Below are positions 22,163-32,146 of a stretch of DNA of 64,000 bases, piece by piece (position 1 is the stretch's first letter; every line of letters begins with the position of its first letter). The stretch is from an uncultured Gemmatimonadales bacterium (GTDB taxonomy: Bacteria; Gemmatimonadota; Gemmatimonadetes; Longimicrobiales; RSA9), in assembly GCA_963798845.1 (NCBI GenBank), contig CAWCUS010000001.1, positions 32,001 through 96,000 of the forward strand. The letters run 5' to 3'. The translations under genes were made by a program, and so were the position numbers. The notes under the pieces were generated by a model. That model was not told where the DNA came from. It made no database searches and worked only from the letters and a program-made list of their open reading frames with translations.

Positions 22163-22715
22163 GTCGCCGCGCCGCCCGGGGCTGGAGCAGGAGGAGGATC
22201 ACGTCCACGCGGCGGGCGCCTACGCCCTCGCCTTCCTCGGCGTGCTCCTCGTGGTCTTCTCCATCTGGGCCGGGATCGAGCTGGCCCAGAGCCTCGCGGG
22301 ACGCCGGACCTCCCCGTCCACCGCCGAGCAGACGCCGCCGCGCATGGAGGAGGTCGAGCGGGTGCGGACGATCGGCAGCCTGGATGTCACCGATATCCTC
22401 GCCGACTCCACCACCCGCACCAACCGGCTGCTCCGCCGCGAGCGCCTGGCCGCGTACGGCTGGGCCGACCGCGGGCGCGGCATGGTGACCATCCCGATCG
22501 GTCGCGCGATGGAGCTGGTGGCGGAGCGGACCCGGGGCGAGGCCCTCGGCCCGACGCCCACGTCGCCCGCCAACGCCGTACCCCGGATCCCGTCGGCCGC
22601 AGGCGCCGCTCCGCGCGACTCCGCCGCTGGCGTCGCCGGCCCCGGCCCGGAGCGCGCCGCCCCGCCCGACACCGTCGCGCCGGACACCGCAGGCCGCGGG
22701 GAGGAGCCGCGATGA
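22155..22715 (+). CDS. actG: Alternative complex III small subunit (ActG-like)
   Basis: One TM helix plus YGW.DR...V.IPI.RAM motif; position after actF. Confidence 0.75.
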   Translation: MSESPRRPGLEQEEDHVHAAGAYALAFLGVLLVVFSIWAGIELAQSLAGRRTSPSTAEQTPPRMEEVERVRTIGSLDVTDILADSTTRTNRLLRRERLAAYGWADRGRGMVTIPIGRAMELVAERTRGEALGPTPTSPANAVPRIPSAAGAAPRDSAAGVAGPGPERAAPPDTVAPDTAGRGEEPR

Positions 22716-23803
22716 GCGCCTTCCCCCTCCTCGCCGTGCTCGCCGACCCGGAGACGCCGCTCTCCGATTTCCTGGGCGCCATCGGCAACACGCTGCACTG
22801 GCTCCTGGCGCTCCCCGTCCAGGCGTCGGTGTTCGCCCGCCAGGTGGATGCGCTCCAGTACATCGAGTTCGCCACGTTCGCTCTCCTGGGAACCATCACC
22901 CTCGGCGCGGTCTTCCTGTTCGTGGTGCGCTACCGCCGCCGTCCGGGAGATCCGGTGGCGCCGCGCACGCGGCGGATCGTCTCGCCCACGTGGCTCGAGC
23001 TCGGCGTCGCCGGCTCGCTCCTGGGGATGTTCATGATCTGGTGGATCTTCGGGTTCCGGCAGTACGCGAGCCGGCAGGACCCGCCGCCCGACGCCCTCAC
23101 CGTGTACGCCATCGGGAAGCAGTGGGTCTGGAAGTTCAGCTACCCCGACGGGCCCCAGTCCAACAGCGTCCTCTACCTCCCGGAGGACCGCCCCGTCCGC
23201 GTCCTGACCACGTCGCGTGACGTGATCCACTCGTTCTTCGTACCCGCCTTCCGCATCAAGGAGGATGCGGTACCCGGGCGCTACAACACCACCTGGTTCA
23301 GGCCCACGCGCATCGGCCGCTTCCGCATCCAGTGCGCCGAGTTCTGCGGCGCGGGCCACAGCCGGATGGAGGCGCAGGCCGTGGTGCTCCCGCCCGCCGA
23401 TTTCGATCGCTGGCTCGAGGGCTACGATCCCGAGGGCGACGAAGCCACAACGGTCCCGCCGGGCATCCTCTCCGGGCGCGACGAGCGCACCCCCGTGGAG
23501 GAGACCATGGCCGGGCGAGGGCGTCGCGTGGCCGCCGAGAAGGGCTGCCTGCGCTGCCATACCACCGACGGGAAGCGCCACATCGCCCCCACCTGGCTCG
23601 GGCTCTACGGCTCCCGCGTCCCGCTCGAGAGCGGTGATACCGTGCTGGCCGACCCGGGCTACCTCACCATGTCCATGATGGATCCCGGCGCCATGGTCGT
23701 GAAGGGGTTCCCCGACGTCATGCCTGCCTTCCAGGGTCGCCTGACGCAGGCGGAGGCCGCCGCGCTGGTGGAGTACATCAAGTCGATCAGGAGGACGCCG
23801 TGA
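22712..23803 (+). CDS. coxB: Cytochrome c oxidase subunit II with fused cytochrome c (caa3 type)
   Basis: KQWVW, DVIHSF, CuA motif CAEFCGAGHSRM, C-terminal CLRCH...MP. Confidence 0.93.
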   Translation: MSAFPLLAVLADPETPLSDFLGAIGNTLHWLLALPVQASVFARQVDALQYIEFATFALLGTITLGAVFLFVVRYRRRPGDPVAPRTRRIVSPTWLELGVAGSLLGMFMIWWIFGFRQYASRQDPPPDALTVYAIGKQWVWKFSYPDGPQSNSVLYLPEDRPVRVLTTSRDVIHSFFVPAFRIKEDAVPGRYNTTWFRPTRIGRFRIQCAEFCGAGHSRMEAQAVVLPPADFDRWLEGYDPEGDEATTVPPGILSGRDERTPVEETMAGRGRRVAAEKGCLRCHTTDGKRHIAPTWLGLYGSRVPLESGDTVLADPGYLTMSMMDPGAMVVKGFPDVMPAFQGRLTQAEAAALVEYIKSIRRTP

Positions 23804-25437
23804 GCACCACCATCGATCCGGAAGGCGCCCTGCTGGCCCCCGCTGACGAGCCCGCCTCGTATCTCACCTCGGAGCGCGGTCTCTGGTCGTGGCTCACCAC
23901 CACGGACCACAAGCGGATCGGGCTGATGTACCTCATGGCCACCAGCTTCATGCTGGCCCTGGGCGGGACCTTCGCCATCCTGCTCCGCATCGAGCTGCTC
24001 ACGCCCGACTACACCATCGTGAGCGCCGACACGTACAACCGGTTCTTCACCGCGCACGGCGTGATCATGGTCTGGCTCTTCATGATCCCGGCCATCCCCG
24101 CGGGCTTCGGCAACTTCCTGATCCCGCTCATGATCGGCGCCCGCGACGTCGCCTTCCCCCGCCTCAACCTGGCCAGCTGGTACGTCTACATGATCGGCGC
24201 GGCCATCGTCCTCTACGGCCTCGCGGCCGGCGGCGTGGACACCGGCTGGACCTTCTACACACCCTACTCCACCCTCAGCTTCTCCCAGGTCGCCGTGGTG
24301 GCCATGGGCGTCTTCGTCCTCGGCGTCTCCACCATCATGACCGGGGTCAACCTCATCGTCACGATCCACACGCTGCGCGCCCGCGGCCTCAGCTGGGGTC
24401 GACTCCCGATCTTCGTCTGGACCATCTATGCGACGGCGATCATGCAGACCCTCGCCACGCCCGTCCTCGGCATAACCCTCGCCCTCGTCGCCGTGGACCA
24501 CGCCTTCCACTTCGGCATCTTCGACCCCACCCTCGGCGGCGACCCGATCCTCTACCAGCACCTCTTCTGGTTCTACTCGCACCCCGCCGTCTACATCATG
24601 ATCCTCCCCGCCTTCGGCGTGGTGACGGAGGTGGTCTCCGCATTCAGCCGGAAGAACGCGTTCACCTATCGCGGCCTCGTCATCTCGTCCCTCGGGATCG
24701 CCTTCGTCGGCTTCATGGCCTGGGGGCACCACATGTTCACTTCCGGCATGAGCACCAGCGACGCCGCAGTCTTCGGCATCCTGTCCATGGTCGTGGCCAT
24801 CTTCAGCGCCATCAAGGTGTTCTCCTACGTGGGTACCATGTACCAGGGCTCCATCTCGCTGAAGACGCCCATGCTCTACTTCTTCGAGTTCCTTTTCCTC
24901 TTCGGCGTCGGCGGGACCACGGGCGTGGCGCTCGCCTCCACTTCACTCGACATCCACTGGCAGGACACCTACTTCGTGGTCGCCCACTTCCATTTCATCA
25001 TGGTGGGCGCCACCCTCACCGCTTTCCTCGCCGCGCTCCACTACTGGTGGCCCAAGATGTTCGGCAGGATGTACCCGGAGAAGCTGGGCGTGGTGGGCGC
25101 CACGCTCATCTTCATGGGCTTCACCGGCACCTTCATTCCCCAGTTCCTCCTGGGCAACGCGGGGCTGCCCCGGCGCACGTACAGCTATCCGCCCGAATTC
25201 CAGGCGCTCCACGACATCTCCACAGTGGGGTCCTGGTCCATCGCCGGCGGGCTGCTCCTGATCCTCTCGTACCTCGTGTACTCCTTCTTCAGGGGGCAGA
25301 GCAGCGGACAGAACCCGTGGCGCTCACGCGGCTACGAGTGGGTCTCGGCCTCACCGCCTCCGCCCCACAACTTCGAGGTCATCCCCGACTTCAGCCACCG
25401 CGAGCCCCACGACTACTGGGCCGAGGAGAGCGCATGA
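23800..25437 (+). CDS. coxA: Cytochrome c oxidase subunit I, type A2
   Basis: DHKRIG, HG, GARDVAFPRLN (D-channel), YSHPAVY (A2 YS motif), WGHHM, HFH, PRR. Confidence 0.95.
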   Translation: MSTTIDPEGALLAPADEPASYLTSERGLWSWLTTTDHKRIGLMYLMATSFMLALGGTFAILLRIELLTPDYTIVSADTYNRFFTAHGVIMVWLFMIPAIPAGFGNFLIPLMIGARDVAFPRLNLASWYVYMIGAAIVLYGLAAGGVDTGWTFYTPYSTLSFSQVAVVAMGVFVLGVSTIMTGVNLIVTIHTLRARGLSWGRLPIFVWTIYATAIMQTLATPVLGITLALVAVDHAFHFGIFDPTLGGDPILYQHLFWFYSHPAVYIMILPAFGVVTEVVSAFSRKNAFTYRGLVISSLGIAFVGFMAWGHHMFTSGMSTSDAAVFGILSMVVAIFSAIKVFSYVGTMYQGSISLKTPMLYFFEFLFLFGVGGTTGVALASTSLDIHWQDTYFVVAHFHFIMVGATLTAFLAALHYWWPKMFGRMYPEKLGVVGATLIFMGFTGTFIPQFLLGNAGLPRRTYSYPPEFQALHDISTVGSWSIAGGLLLILSYLVYSFFRGQSSGQNPWRSRGYEWVSASPPPPHNFEVIPDFSHREPHDYWAEESA

Positions 25438-26153
25438 GCACGCGCGATCACGGCGCCACCCGCGGCGACATCCTGGGCAGCGCGACCACCCGCGTCCGGC
25501 GCCCCCCGGAGGAGGGGCGCAGCGCCGAGGCGCACCTCAAGGACCACTACGAGACGCTCTCCAAGCAGACCCACGGGGCCCAGTTCGGGATGTGGGTCTT
25601 CATCGCCAGCGAGACGGCGATGTTCAGCGCTCTCTTCGCCCTCTTCACCGCCTACCGGACCGCGTTTCCCGAGGCTTTCAAGGAAGGCGCGCGGGAAACC
25701 GTCCTGTGGATGGGCTCCGCCGGCACCGCCACGCTCCTCCTGGCCAGCTTCCTGGTCGCCGCCGCCCTCGCCCTCGTGCGCAGCGACCGAACCCGCGCAG
25801 CCGCCGCCGCCCTCCTCGGCGCCGCGGGCCTCGGCGCGCTCTTTCTCGTCTTCAAGTTCTGGGAGTGGGGGATCCACTTCGGCGAGGGCATCTTTCCCGG
25901 CACGCACTACCATTTCGAGAAGCTCCCGCCACCGGGAGGCTCCGCCTTCTTCACCCTCTACTACGTCATGACCGGGCTCCACGCCCTGCACGTGATCGGC
26001 GGAATCCTCCTGCTCACCGGCCTGGCCTGGCGCACCCACCGCCGCGCCTACGGGCCCGAGTACGACACTCCCGTCGAGCTCGGCGGCATGTACTGGCACT
26101 TCGTCGACATCGTCTGGCTCTTCCTCTGGCCCTGCTTCTACCTGATTCACTGA
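25434..26153 (+). CDS. coxC: Cytochrome c oxidase subunit III
   Basis: GMWVFIASE..F, TGLHALHV..G, YWHFVDIVW. Confidence 0.9.
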   Translation: MSTRDHGATRGDILGSATTRVRRPPEEGRSAEAHLKDHYETLSKQTHGAQFGMWVFIASETAMFSALFALFTAYRTAFPEAFKEGARETVLWMGSAGTATLLLASFLVAAALALVRSDRTRAAAAALLGAAGLGALFLVFKFWEWGIHFGEGIFPGTHYHFEKLPPPGGSAFFTLYYVMTGLHALHVIGGILLLTGLAWRTHRRAYGPEYDTPVELGGMYWHFVDIVWLFLWPCFYLIH

Positions 26154-26159
26154 GCCACC

Positions 26160-26561
26160 ATGAAGACCTACGTCCTCACCCTCGCCGCCCTCCTCCTCCT
26201 CAGCGCCCTCACCCTCGCGCTGTCCTTCGTCAGCCTCGGAGCCTGGCAGGCGCCGACCGCCATCCTCATCGCCGTGGTGAAGGCGCTCCTCGTCGCCCTC
26301 TTCTTCATGCACCTTGCCGAGCAGACCACCCCCGCCCGCATGGCCGCCCTCGTCGGCGTGCTCATGGGCGTCATGCTCATCGTCATCGCCACGCTCGACG
26401 TCGCCACACGCCCCGAGCACACGCTCCGCGGCACCGACTTCCCGGTCCTCACCCCGGGGATCCAGCAGCCCGGCCCCTTCCAGGCCACTACCCCGCCCCC
26501 CACGGAGCTCGAGCCCGATACCGCCAGCCCGCCCACCCCCACCACCCGGGCACCCCGGTAG
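26160..26561 (+). CDS. coxD: Cytochrome c oxidase subunit IV (caa3 type)
   Basis: IAVVKALLVALFFMHL motif; 3 TM helices. Confidence 0.85.
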   Translation: MKTYVLTLAALLLLSALTLALSFVSLGAWQAPTAILIAVVKALLVALFFMHLAEQTTPARMAALVGVLMGVMLIVIATLDVATRPEHTLRGTDFPVLTPGIQQPGPFQATTPPPTELEPDTASPPTPTTRAPR

Positions 26562-26628
26562 CGGCCCATGAATCCGCCACCGGCCAGCCCGCCGCCCGCC
26601 CGTCCCGTGCGTGTGCCCGAGCGAACAT

Positions 26629-26684
26629 TTGCTTCCCGCCTCCGGACGTTGTACCTTCGCCCCAGAATCATCATACGGGTATGA
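26629..26684 (+). promoter_or_regulatory. Sigma70-type promoter plus palindromic operator upstream of the nor genes
   Basis: TTGCTT-N17-TACCTT (26629-26657); TCATAC-GG-GTATGA at 26671-26684. Confidence 0.55.
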
Positions 26685-26712
26685 CGAATCGCCCCCACTC
26701 ACGCCTGATGAG

Positions 26713-26841
26713 ATGATCATGGCCCCTGCCCCGAGCTGGATTCCGCGTGTCCTTTCCGTTGTCGTGTTCGTCGCCATGGCCACCGCGCTGGGATACGCCG
26801 CGTGGATCGCCATCCGCTACTTCGGCCAGATCGGTGTGTGA
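26713..26841 (+). CDS. Small single-TM protein preceding norC (about 42 aa)
   Basis: MIMAPAPSWIPRVLSVVVFVAMATALGYAAWIAIRYFGQIGV; GC3-rich codons. Confidence 0.6.
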   Translation: MIMAPAPSWIPRVLSVVVFVAMATALGYAAWIAIRYFGQIGV

Positions 26842-26890
26842 GACCCCCTGTGGTTGAACGCCGCGTTCCGTCCCTCTGCTGAACGGATCC

Positions 26891-27706
26891 ATGACCAAAC
26901 GCCAGACACGCCTTTTCTTCCTGGGCGGCACCCTTCTGTTCGCGCTGATCTTCGCCGCGCTGACGTACGACAGTCACCGGCAGTTCCCGGCGCTGACGCA
27001 CTCGGACCGGCTGACGCCGGAGGTGGCGGCGGGGTTCGAGGTGTGGCACCGGTTCGACTGCGTGAACTGCCACACGCTTCTGGGCGAGGGCGCGTACTAC
27101 GCGCCGGACCTGACGAACATCGCGTCGCAGCGTGGTGCGGCGTACCTGAAGCAGTTCCTGAAGGACCCGAGCCGGTTCTATTCGGAGGAGCAGGACCGGC
27201 GGCTGATGCCGACGCTGGACCTGAGCGATCGTGAGATCGACGAGGTCGTCGCGTTTCTCGCCTGGGTGGACGGCATCGACACGAATGGCTGGCCGCCGCG
27301 TCCGCTCACCGTGCGGGGGGCGGCGGTGCCCGGGAGCGACGTGGGCGGCGCGGCGCCGAGCGCGGCGTCGTCGGATCCGGTGGCGCAGGGGGAAGCGCTG
27401 TTCGCGAGCTCGCCGCCCGGCTGCTTCACGTGCCACTCCACCACGAAGGGGGTCAGCATCGTGGGTCCGTCGCTCGCCGGCATTGCGACGAAGGCAGCGG
27501 AGATCGTGCGGAATCCGGACTACACGGGCTCCGCCGCGACCGCGGCCGACTACATCCGGGAGTCCATCCTGGAGCCGAGCGCGTACCTGGTGACGGGAGC
27601 GAACTACTCGACGAACGGCATGTCCATCATGCCGGGGAATTTCGGTGAACAGCTCGATTCGACGCAGGTGAGCCACCTGGTCCAGTACCTCCTGACCCTC
27701 CAGTAG
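26891..27706 (+). CDS. norC: Nitric oxide reductase subunit C with a second cytochrome c domain (di-heme)
   Basis: TM helix, CVNCHTLLGEGAYYAPDL, RRLMP; second heme CFTCH...IMP. Confidence 0.9.
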   Translation: MTKRQTRLFFLGGTLLFALIFAALTYDSHRQFPALTHSDRLTPEVAAGFEVWHRFDCVNCHTLLGEGAYYAPDLTNIASQRGAAYLKQFLKDPSRFYSEEQDRRLMPTLDLSDREIDEVVAFLAWVDGIDTNGWPPRPLTVRGAAVPGSDVGGAAPSAASSDPVAQGEALFASSPPGCFTCHSTTKGVSIVGPSLAGIATKAAEIVRNPDYTGSAATAADYIRESILEPSAYLVTGANYSTNGMSIMPGNFGEQLDSTQVSHLVQYLLTLQ

Positions 27707-27719
27707 GAGAGAGTAGACC

Positions 27720-29087
27720 GTGCGCTATCGCAGCCAGGCCGTTTCGTACTGGTACTTCGTCGTCGCGCTTCTGCTGTTCGGGCTGCAGATGGTATTCGGC
27801 CTGCTCTCGGCGGTGAAGTATCTGGGTCCCGATCCCCTGCTCCACGTGCTTCCGTTCGACGTGACGAAGGAGATGCACACGAACCTTCTCATCGTGTGGG
27901 TCCTCACGGGATTCATGGGCGCGGCGTTCTACCTGGTCCCTGAGGAGTCACGGACGGAGCTGTACAGTCCTCGGCTCGCGTACATCCAGCTCGGGATCTG
28001 GACGGCCGGGGGGGTGGCGATCCTCACCGGCTACCTGTTCGGCTGGACGGCGGGCAACAAGTTCCTGGAGCAGCCCTTCCCGCTCAAGCTGGTGATCGTG
28101 GCGGTCATGCTGATGTTCATGTACAACCTGGGAATGACCATCTGGAAGGCGGGCCGATGGACCACCACCGAGGCCGTGATGGTGGCCGGTCTGGTCTTCT
28201 CGGCGCTTCTGTATCTTCCCTCGCTGTTCACGTTCCACAACCTGACGGTCCAGCTCTTCTACCGCTGGTGGACGGTGCACCTGTGGGTGGAGGGCGTGTG
28301 GGAGATGATCCAGGGCGGGCTCCTTGCCTACCTGCTCATCCGGCTCTCGGGCGCGGACCGTGAGGTGATGGAGAAGTGGCTGTACGTGATCGTGGGCCTC
28401 ACGTTCATCGCGGGGATCCTGGGCACGGCCCACCACTACTACTGGCTGGGCGTGCCGCACTACTGGCTCCCCATCGGCGGGATCTTCAGCGCCCTCGAGC
28501 CCCTCGCCTTCCTCGGCATGGCCACGTATGCCTACCGCGCCATGCGCCGGAGCGGCTTTTCGCACCCGAACCGGCTCGCGGTCCACTGGACCGTGGGCAG
28601 CGCCATCTTCTCCGCGCTCGGGGCGGGCATCCTGGGGCTGGCCCACACCTGGCCGTCGGTGAACAGGTGGACGCACGGGACGCAGATCACGCCCATGCAC
28701 GGACACATGGCCTTCTTCGGCGCCTACGTCATGATCGTCCTGGCGCTCATCACGTACGCCATGCCCTCCCTCACCGGCCGCTCGGAGGAGGACTCCTACA
28801 ACGCGGTGGGCGTCTGGGCGTTCTGGCTCCAGGTGGGCGGCATGTTCGGCATGACCATGGCCTTCGCCGCGGCAGGCGTGGCCCAGACGTACCTCGAGCG
28901 GATCATGGGGATCGGCTTTCTCCCCACCCAGGACAAGATCCGCGTCCATTTCCTGATGCTGGTCGGCACCGGCGCGATCTTCGTCGTCGGCGTGGCGCTG
29001 TACCTGTTCGACTTCTTCTTCCTGAGCGGCTCGCCGAAGCCGGCGATCGCGGACGAGCCGGAGCCCGAGCCGGTGGCGGCGACATGA
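27720..29087 (+). CDS. norB: Nitric oxide reductase catalytic subunit B (cNOR)
   Basis: [44 protein letters not shown]. Confidence 0.93.
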   Translation: MRYRSQAVSYWYFVVALLLFGLQMVFGLLSAVKYLGPDPLLHVLPFDVTKEMHTNLLIVWVLTGFMGAAFYLVPEESRTELYSPRLAYIQLGIWTAGGVAILTGYLFGWTAGNKFLEQPFPLKLVIVAVMLMFMYNLGMTIWKAGRWTTTEAVMVAGLVFSALLYLPSLFTFHNLTVQLFYRWWTVHLWVEGVWEMIQGGLLAYLLIRLSGADREVMEKWLYVIVGLTFIAGILGTAHHYYWLGVPHYWLPIGGIFSALEPLAFLGMATYAYRAMRRSGFSHPNRLAVHWTVGSAIFSALGAGILGLAHTWPSVNRWTHGTQITPMHGHMAFFGAYVMIVLALITYAMPSLTGRSEEDSYNAVGVWAFWLQVGGMFGMTMAFAAAGVAQTYLERIMGIGFLPTQDKIRVHFLMLVGTGAIFVVGVALYLFDFFFLSGSPKPAIADEPEPEPVAAT

Positions 29088-29983
29088 GGCCGGCGACGAA
29101 CGGGGCGGCTGCCCGCGGTCACACGGTTCCGGCGGAACCGGCCCAGCCCGGCCTGCCTCGCCCGCGCCCCGATGGCCCACGGAGTGCCCAGGGGCTGCGC
29201 TGGCCCGGAACGCACGCGCCGTACTACGAGGCGCTCGGCGACGAAGTGGCGATCTTCGAGAAGGCGCACGAGCGGGGGCTCGCCGTCATGCTGAAAGGGC
29301 CCACGGGATGCGGCAAGACGCGCTTCGTGGAGCACATGGCGTGGCGCCTGGGTCGGCCGCTGGTCACCGTCGCCTGCCACGACGACCTCTCGGCCAGCGA
29401 CCTCACCGGCCGGTACCTGGTGCGGGACGGCGCCACGGTGTGGCAGGACGGGCCGCTGACGCGCGCAGTGCGCGAGGGAGCGATCTGCTACCTGGACGAG
29501 GTCGTGGAAGCCCGGCAGGATACGGTGGTGGTGATCCATCCGCTGACCGACGACCGCCGCATGCTCCCGCTGGACCGGACCGGCGAGCTTGTCGATGCGG
29601 CGCAGGGGTTCCAGCTCGTCATCTCCTACAATCCGGGCTATCAGCACCTGCTGAAGGACCTGAAAACGAGCACGCGGCAGCGGTTCGTCTCGCTCCAATT
29701 CGACTTTCCGCCGCCGGAGGTGGAGCGTCGGGTCGTGCAGCACGAAGCGGGCGTGGACGCGCCCACCGCGGCCCTGCTCGTCACCCTCGCCACCCGGATC
29801 CGGAATCTCCGGGACCGGGGCCTGGTGGAGGTCCCGAGCAGTCGGCTGCTGGTGGCCACGGGGCGCCTCATCGCTTCGGGGATCGACCCCCGTGGCGCGT
29901 GTCGGGCCGCGCTCGTCGCGCCGCTTTCCGACGATCCCGACCTGCTGGCGGCCATCGACGATATCGTCGCCGCGAGCCTCTGA
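29084..29983 (+). CDS. norQ: MoxR-type AAA+ ATPase of the NorQ/NirQ/CbbQ family
   Basis: [37 protein letters not shown]. Confidence 0.92.
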   Translation: MRPATNGAAARGHTVPAEPAQPGLPRPRPDGPRSAQGLRWPGTHAPYYEALGDEVAIFEKAHERGLAVMLKGPTGCGKTRFVEHMAWRLGRPLVTVACHDDLSASDLTGRYLVRDGATVWQDGPLTRAVREGAICYLDEVVEARQDTVVVIHPLTDDRRMLPLDRTGELVDAAQGFQLVISYNPGYQHLLKDLKTSTRQRFVSLQFDFPPPEVERRVVQHEAGVDAPTAALLVTLATRIRNLRDRGLVEVPSSRLLVATGRLIASGIDPRGACRAALVAPLSDDPDLLAAIDDIVAASL

Positions 29984-29998
29984 CGCGGCCGGCCCCCC

Positions 29999-32008
29999 GT
30001 GTCCGAGCCTGAGGAAGTCGTCATCGAAGCCGCCCACGCCGCCACCGGCGTGGCAGCCCGCGTGTGGCGCCGCCGGTCCGAGCAGGCGCGGGCCCGTGCG
30101 CTCCGGCTCGCGGAGGTGCGTTCCCGGCTCGAAGTCCTGCTCCACGCGCTTTTCCGCCGCCCCTTCGACATCGAGCCGGCGGAGCCGCCGCTGGCTCCGA
30201 ACTTCTTCCGTCGCGTGGCGGGCCGCGTCCCCCGGCACCTCGCCTGCCCGCCGCTGGTGGCGTGGAACGACGGTGACCGCATCGCGCTCCCGCCCGAGCT
30301 TCCCCGCCTCGGGCCCTGGCCCGGAGAGGCGCTCGACCTCTACCGGCTCCTGGCCGTCGAGCAGGCGGCCCGGGTCCGTCGTGGCACCGCGGTGGCGGCC
30401 GCGCTCGCTCCCGGCGCCCTGGTCCGCGACCTCTTCCTCCTGGCCGAGGCGCGCGCCATCGAGCACGCCCTGGCCTCGGAGCTCCCCGGGCTCGCGCCCG
30501 GCCTGGACGCCAGCCGGGCCGCCGCGGCCCGCGCCATCGTCGCGGCCCCGAGCGTCACGCTCTCCGCACCGGAGCGGTGGCTATCCGGCCTCCGGCTCGA
30601 AACCCTCGCGCGCGGTGCGGCGGATCCCGGCGGCTTCGTCCCGGCGACGGACGGTCCGGACGACTCCCTCCGCTGGGCGGTCCGCCACGCGCGCCGGCGC
30701 ACCGACGGAGCCGACTACCGCGGCCTGCCACCCGTTCCGCTCTGGGGGGACGTCCGCGTGCGCACCGCCCTGACCTCACACGAAGCCGTTCCATCTCCCG
30801 ACCGCCCGCTCACTCCGAGGCGCACGACCACGCTCCGTCGCCAGCCGAAGGTGCGCCCCGCTCTCCCGGACGAGGACGACGATCGTCCCGGCATCTGGGG
30901 GTTCCCTCATGACGACCCGCTGGAGACGGTGGAGGATCCGATGGGGCTGCAGCGGCCGGCGGACCGCGACGCGGACGCCGACGCAGGGGAGCTCGGCGAC
31001 GCCCTGGCCGACCTTCCCGAGGCCCGCCTCGTCCGCACCCCCGGTGAGGCCGCGGAGGTGCTCCGCGGCCCGGCCTCGCTCCGCCTGCTCCGGGGCGCCC
31101 GGGACGCGGACGGCGCGACGGGCATCGCCTACCCCGAGTGGGATTACCGCATGGACCGCTATGTCGAACGCGGGGCCGTCGTGCGCGTTCTCGAGGCCGG
31201 GCAGCTGGATGCCGCCTGGTCCCGACAGGCGCTGCGCAGGCACGCGCGCCTCATCGTGCAGATCCGGCGACGCTTCGAAAGCCTCCGCCTCGACCGCGTC
31301 CACGTCGGGCGTCAGCAGGACGGGCCCGAGGTGGACATCGCCGCCTACGTGCGCGCCTTCGCGGATCACGCCGCCGGCTCCGCCGCCGAGGACCGACTCT
31401 ACCGCAATGTCCGCCGCACGCGTCGCGAGCTCGCTCTCATGCTCCTCGTCGACGTGAGCGCATCCACCGATGCGTGGGTGAGCGGCGGCCAGCGGGTCAT
31501 AGATGTGGAGAAGGACTCCCTCCTCCTCGTGACGGAGGCGCTCTCAGCGCTGCGCGAGCGATTCGCGATCCTGGCGTTTTCGGGCGCCGGTCCCGAGCAC
31601 GTGGCCGTGCGGCGTCTCAAGGGTTTCCACGAGCCCGCCGGCGACGCCGTACACGGCCGCATCGGCGGGCTGCAGCCGGAACGCTTCACCCGCGTCGGTG
31701 CAGCCCTCCGCCATGCCTCCGCCCGCCTCGCCCGCGAGCCCGCCCGCCACCGGGTCCTCCTCCTGATCTCCGACGGAAAGCCCAACGACGACGACATCTA
31801 CGAGACCCGGTACGGCGTCGAGGACACCCGCCAGGCGGTGGCCGAAGCACGCCTGGAGGGCATCCACCCCTTCTGCATCACCGTGGACCGCGAGGCCTCG
31901 GGATACCTGCCCCGCATGTTCGGCGCGGGCAGCTACGCCGTGATCCGCCGCCCCGACCGCCTGCCGCATGTCCTGGTCGAGTTCGTCCGCCAGCTCCACC
32001 GGACCTGA
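29999..32008 (+). CDS. norD: NorD VWA-domain activation protein
   Basis: YPEWDY, MIDAS DVSAST, TR.GAALRH, SDGKPND.D.YE..YG.EDTR. Confidence 0.9.
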   Translation: MSEPEEVVIEAAHAATGVAARVWRRRSEQARARALRLAEVRSRLEVLLHALFRRPFDIEPAEPPLAPNFFRRVAGRVPRHLACPPLVAWNDGDRIALPPELPRLGPWPGEALDLYRLLAVEQAARVRRGTAVAAALAPGALVRDLFLLAEARAIEHALASELPGLAPGLDASRAAAARAIVAAPSVTLSAPERWLSGLRLETLARGAADPGGFVPATDGPDDSLRWAVRHARRRTDGADYRGLPPVPLWGDVRVRTALTSHEAVPSPDRPLTPRRTTTLRRQPKVRPALPDEDDDRPGIWGFPHDDPLETVEDPMGLQRPADRDADADAGELGDALADLPEARLVRTPGEAAEVLRGPASLRLLRGARDADGATGIAYPEWDYRMDRYVERGAVVRVLEAGQLDAAWSRQALRRHARLIVQIRRRFESLRLDRVHVGRQQDGPEVDIAAYVRAFADHAAGSAAEDRLYRNVRRTRRELALMLLVDVSASTDAWVSGGQRVIDVEKDSLLLVTEALSALRERFAILAFSGAGPEHVAVRRLKGFHEPAGDAVHGRIGGLQPERFTRVGAALRHASARLAREPARHRVLLLISDGKPNDDDIYETRYGVEDTRQAVAEARLEGIHPFCITVDREASGYLPRMFGAGSYAVIRRPDRLPHVLVEFVRQLHRT

Positions 32009-32024
32009 CGGCCCCGCCCCTGCC

Positions 32025-32040
32025 CGGAATGGAAATTGCC
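32025..32040 (+). promoter_or_regulatory. Putative sigma54 promoter for the ASRT-led operon
   Basis: CGGAATGGAAATTGCC: GG-N10-GC with TTGC. Confidence 0.55.
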
Positions 32041-32146
32041 ACCTGATCACCCGGTCGATCGGGTGCCGACTCCCCCTACGATTGCCACGTCGAGCAGGGC
32101 GGGAAGCCGGCCCTTTGACTCGTGATCCCCGGGTGGAGGTGGGCGC

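Noticed and set aside
26562..26890. FNR/DNR box upstream of norC
   Set aside because: No TTGAT-N4-ATCAA match found.
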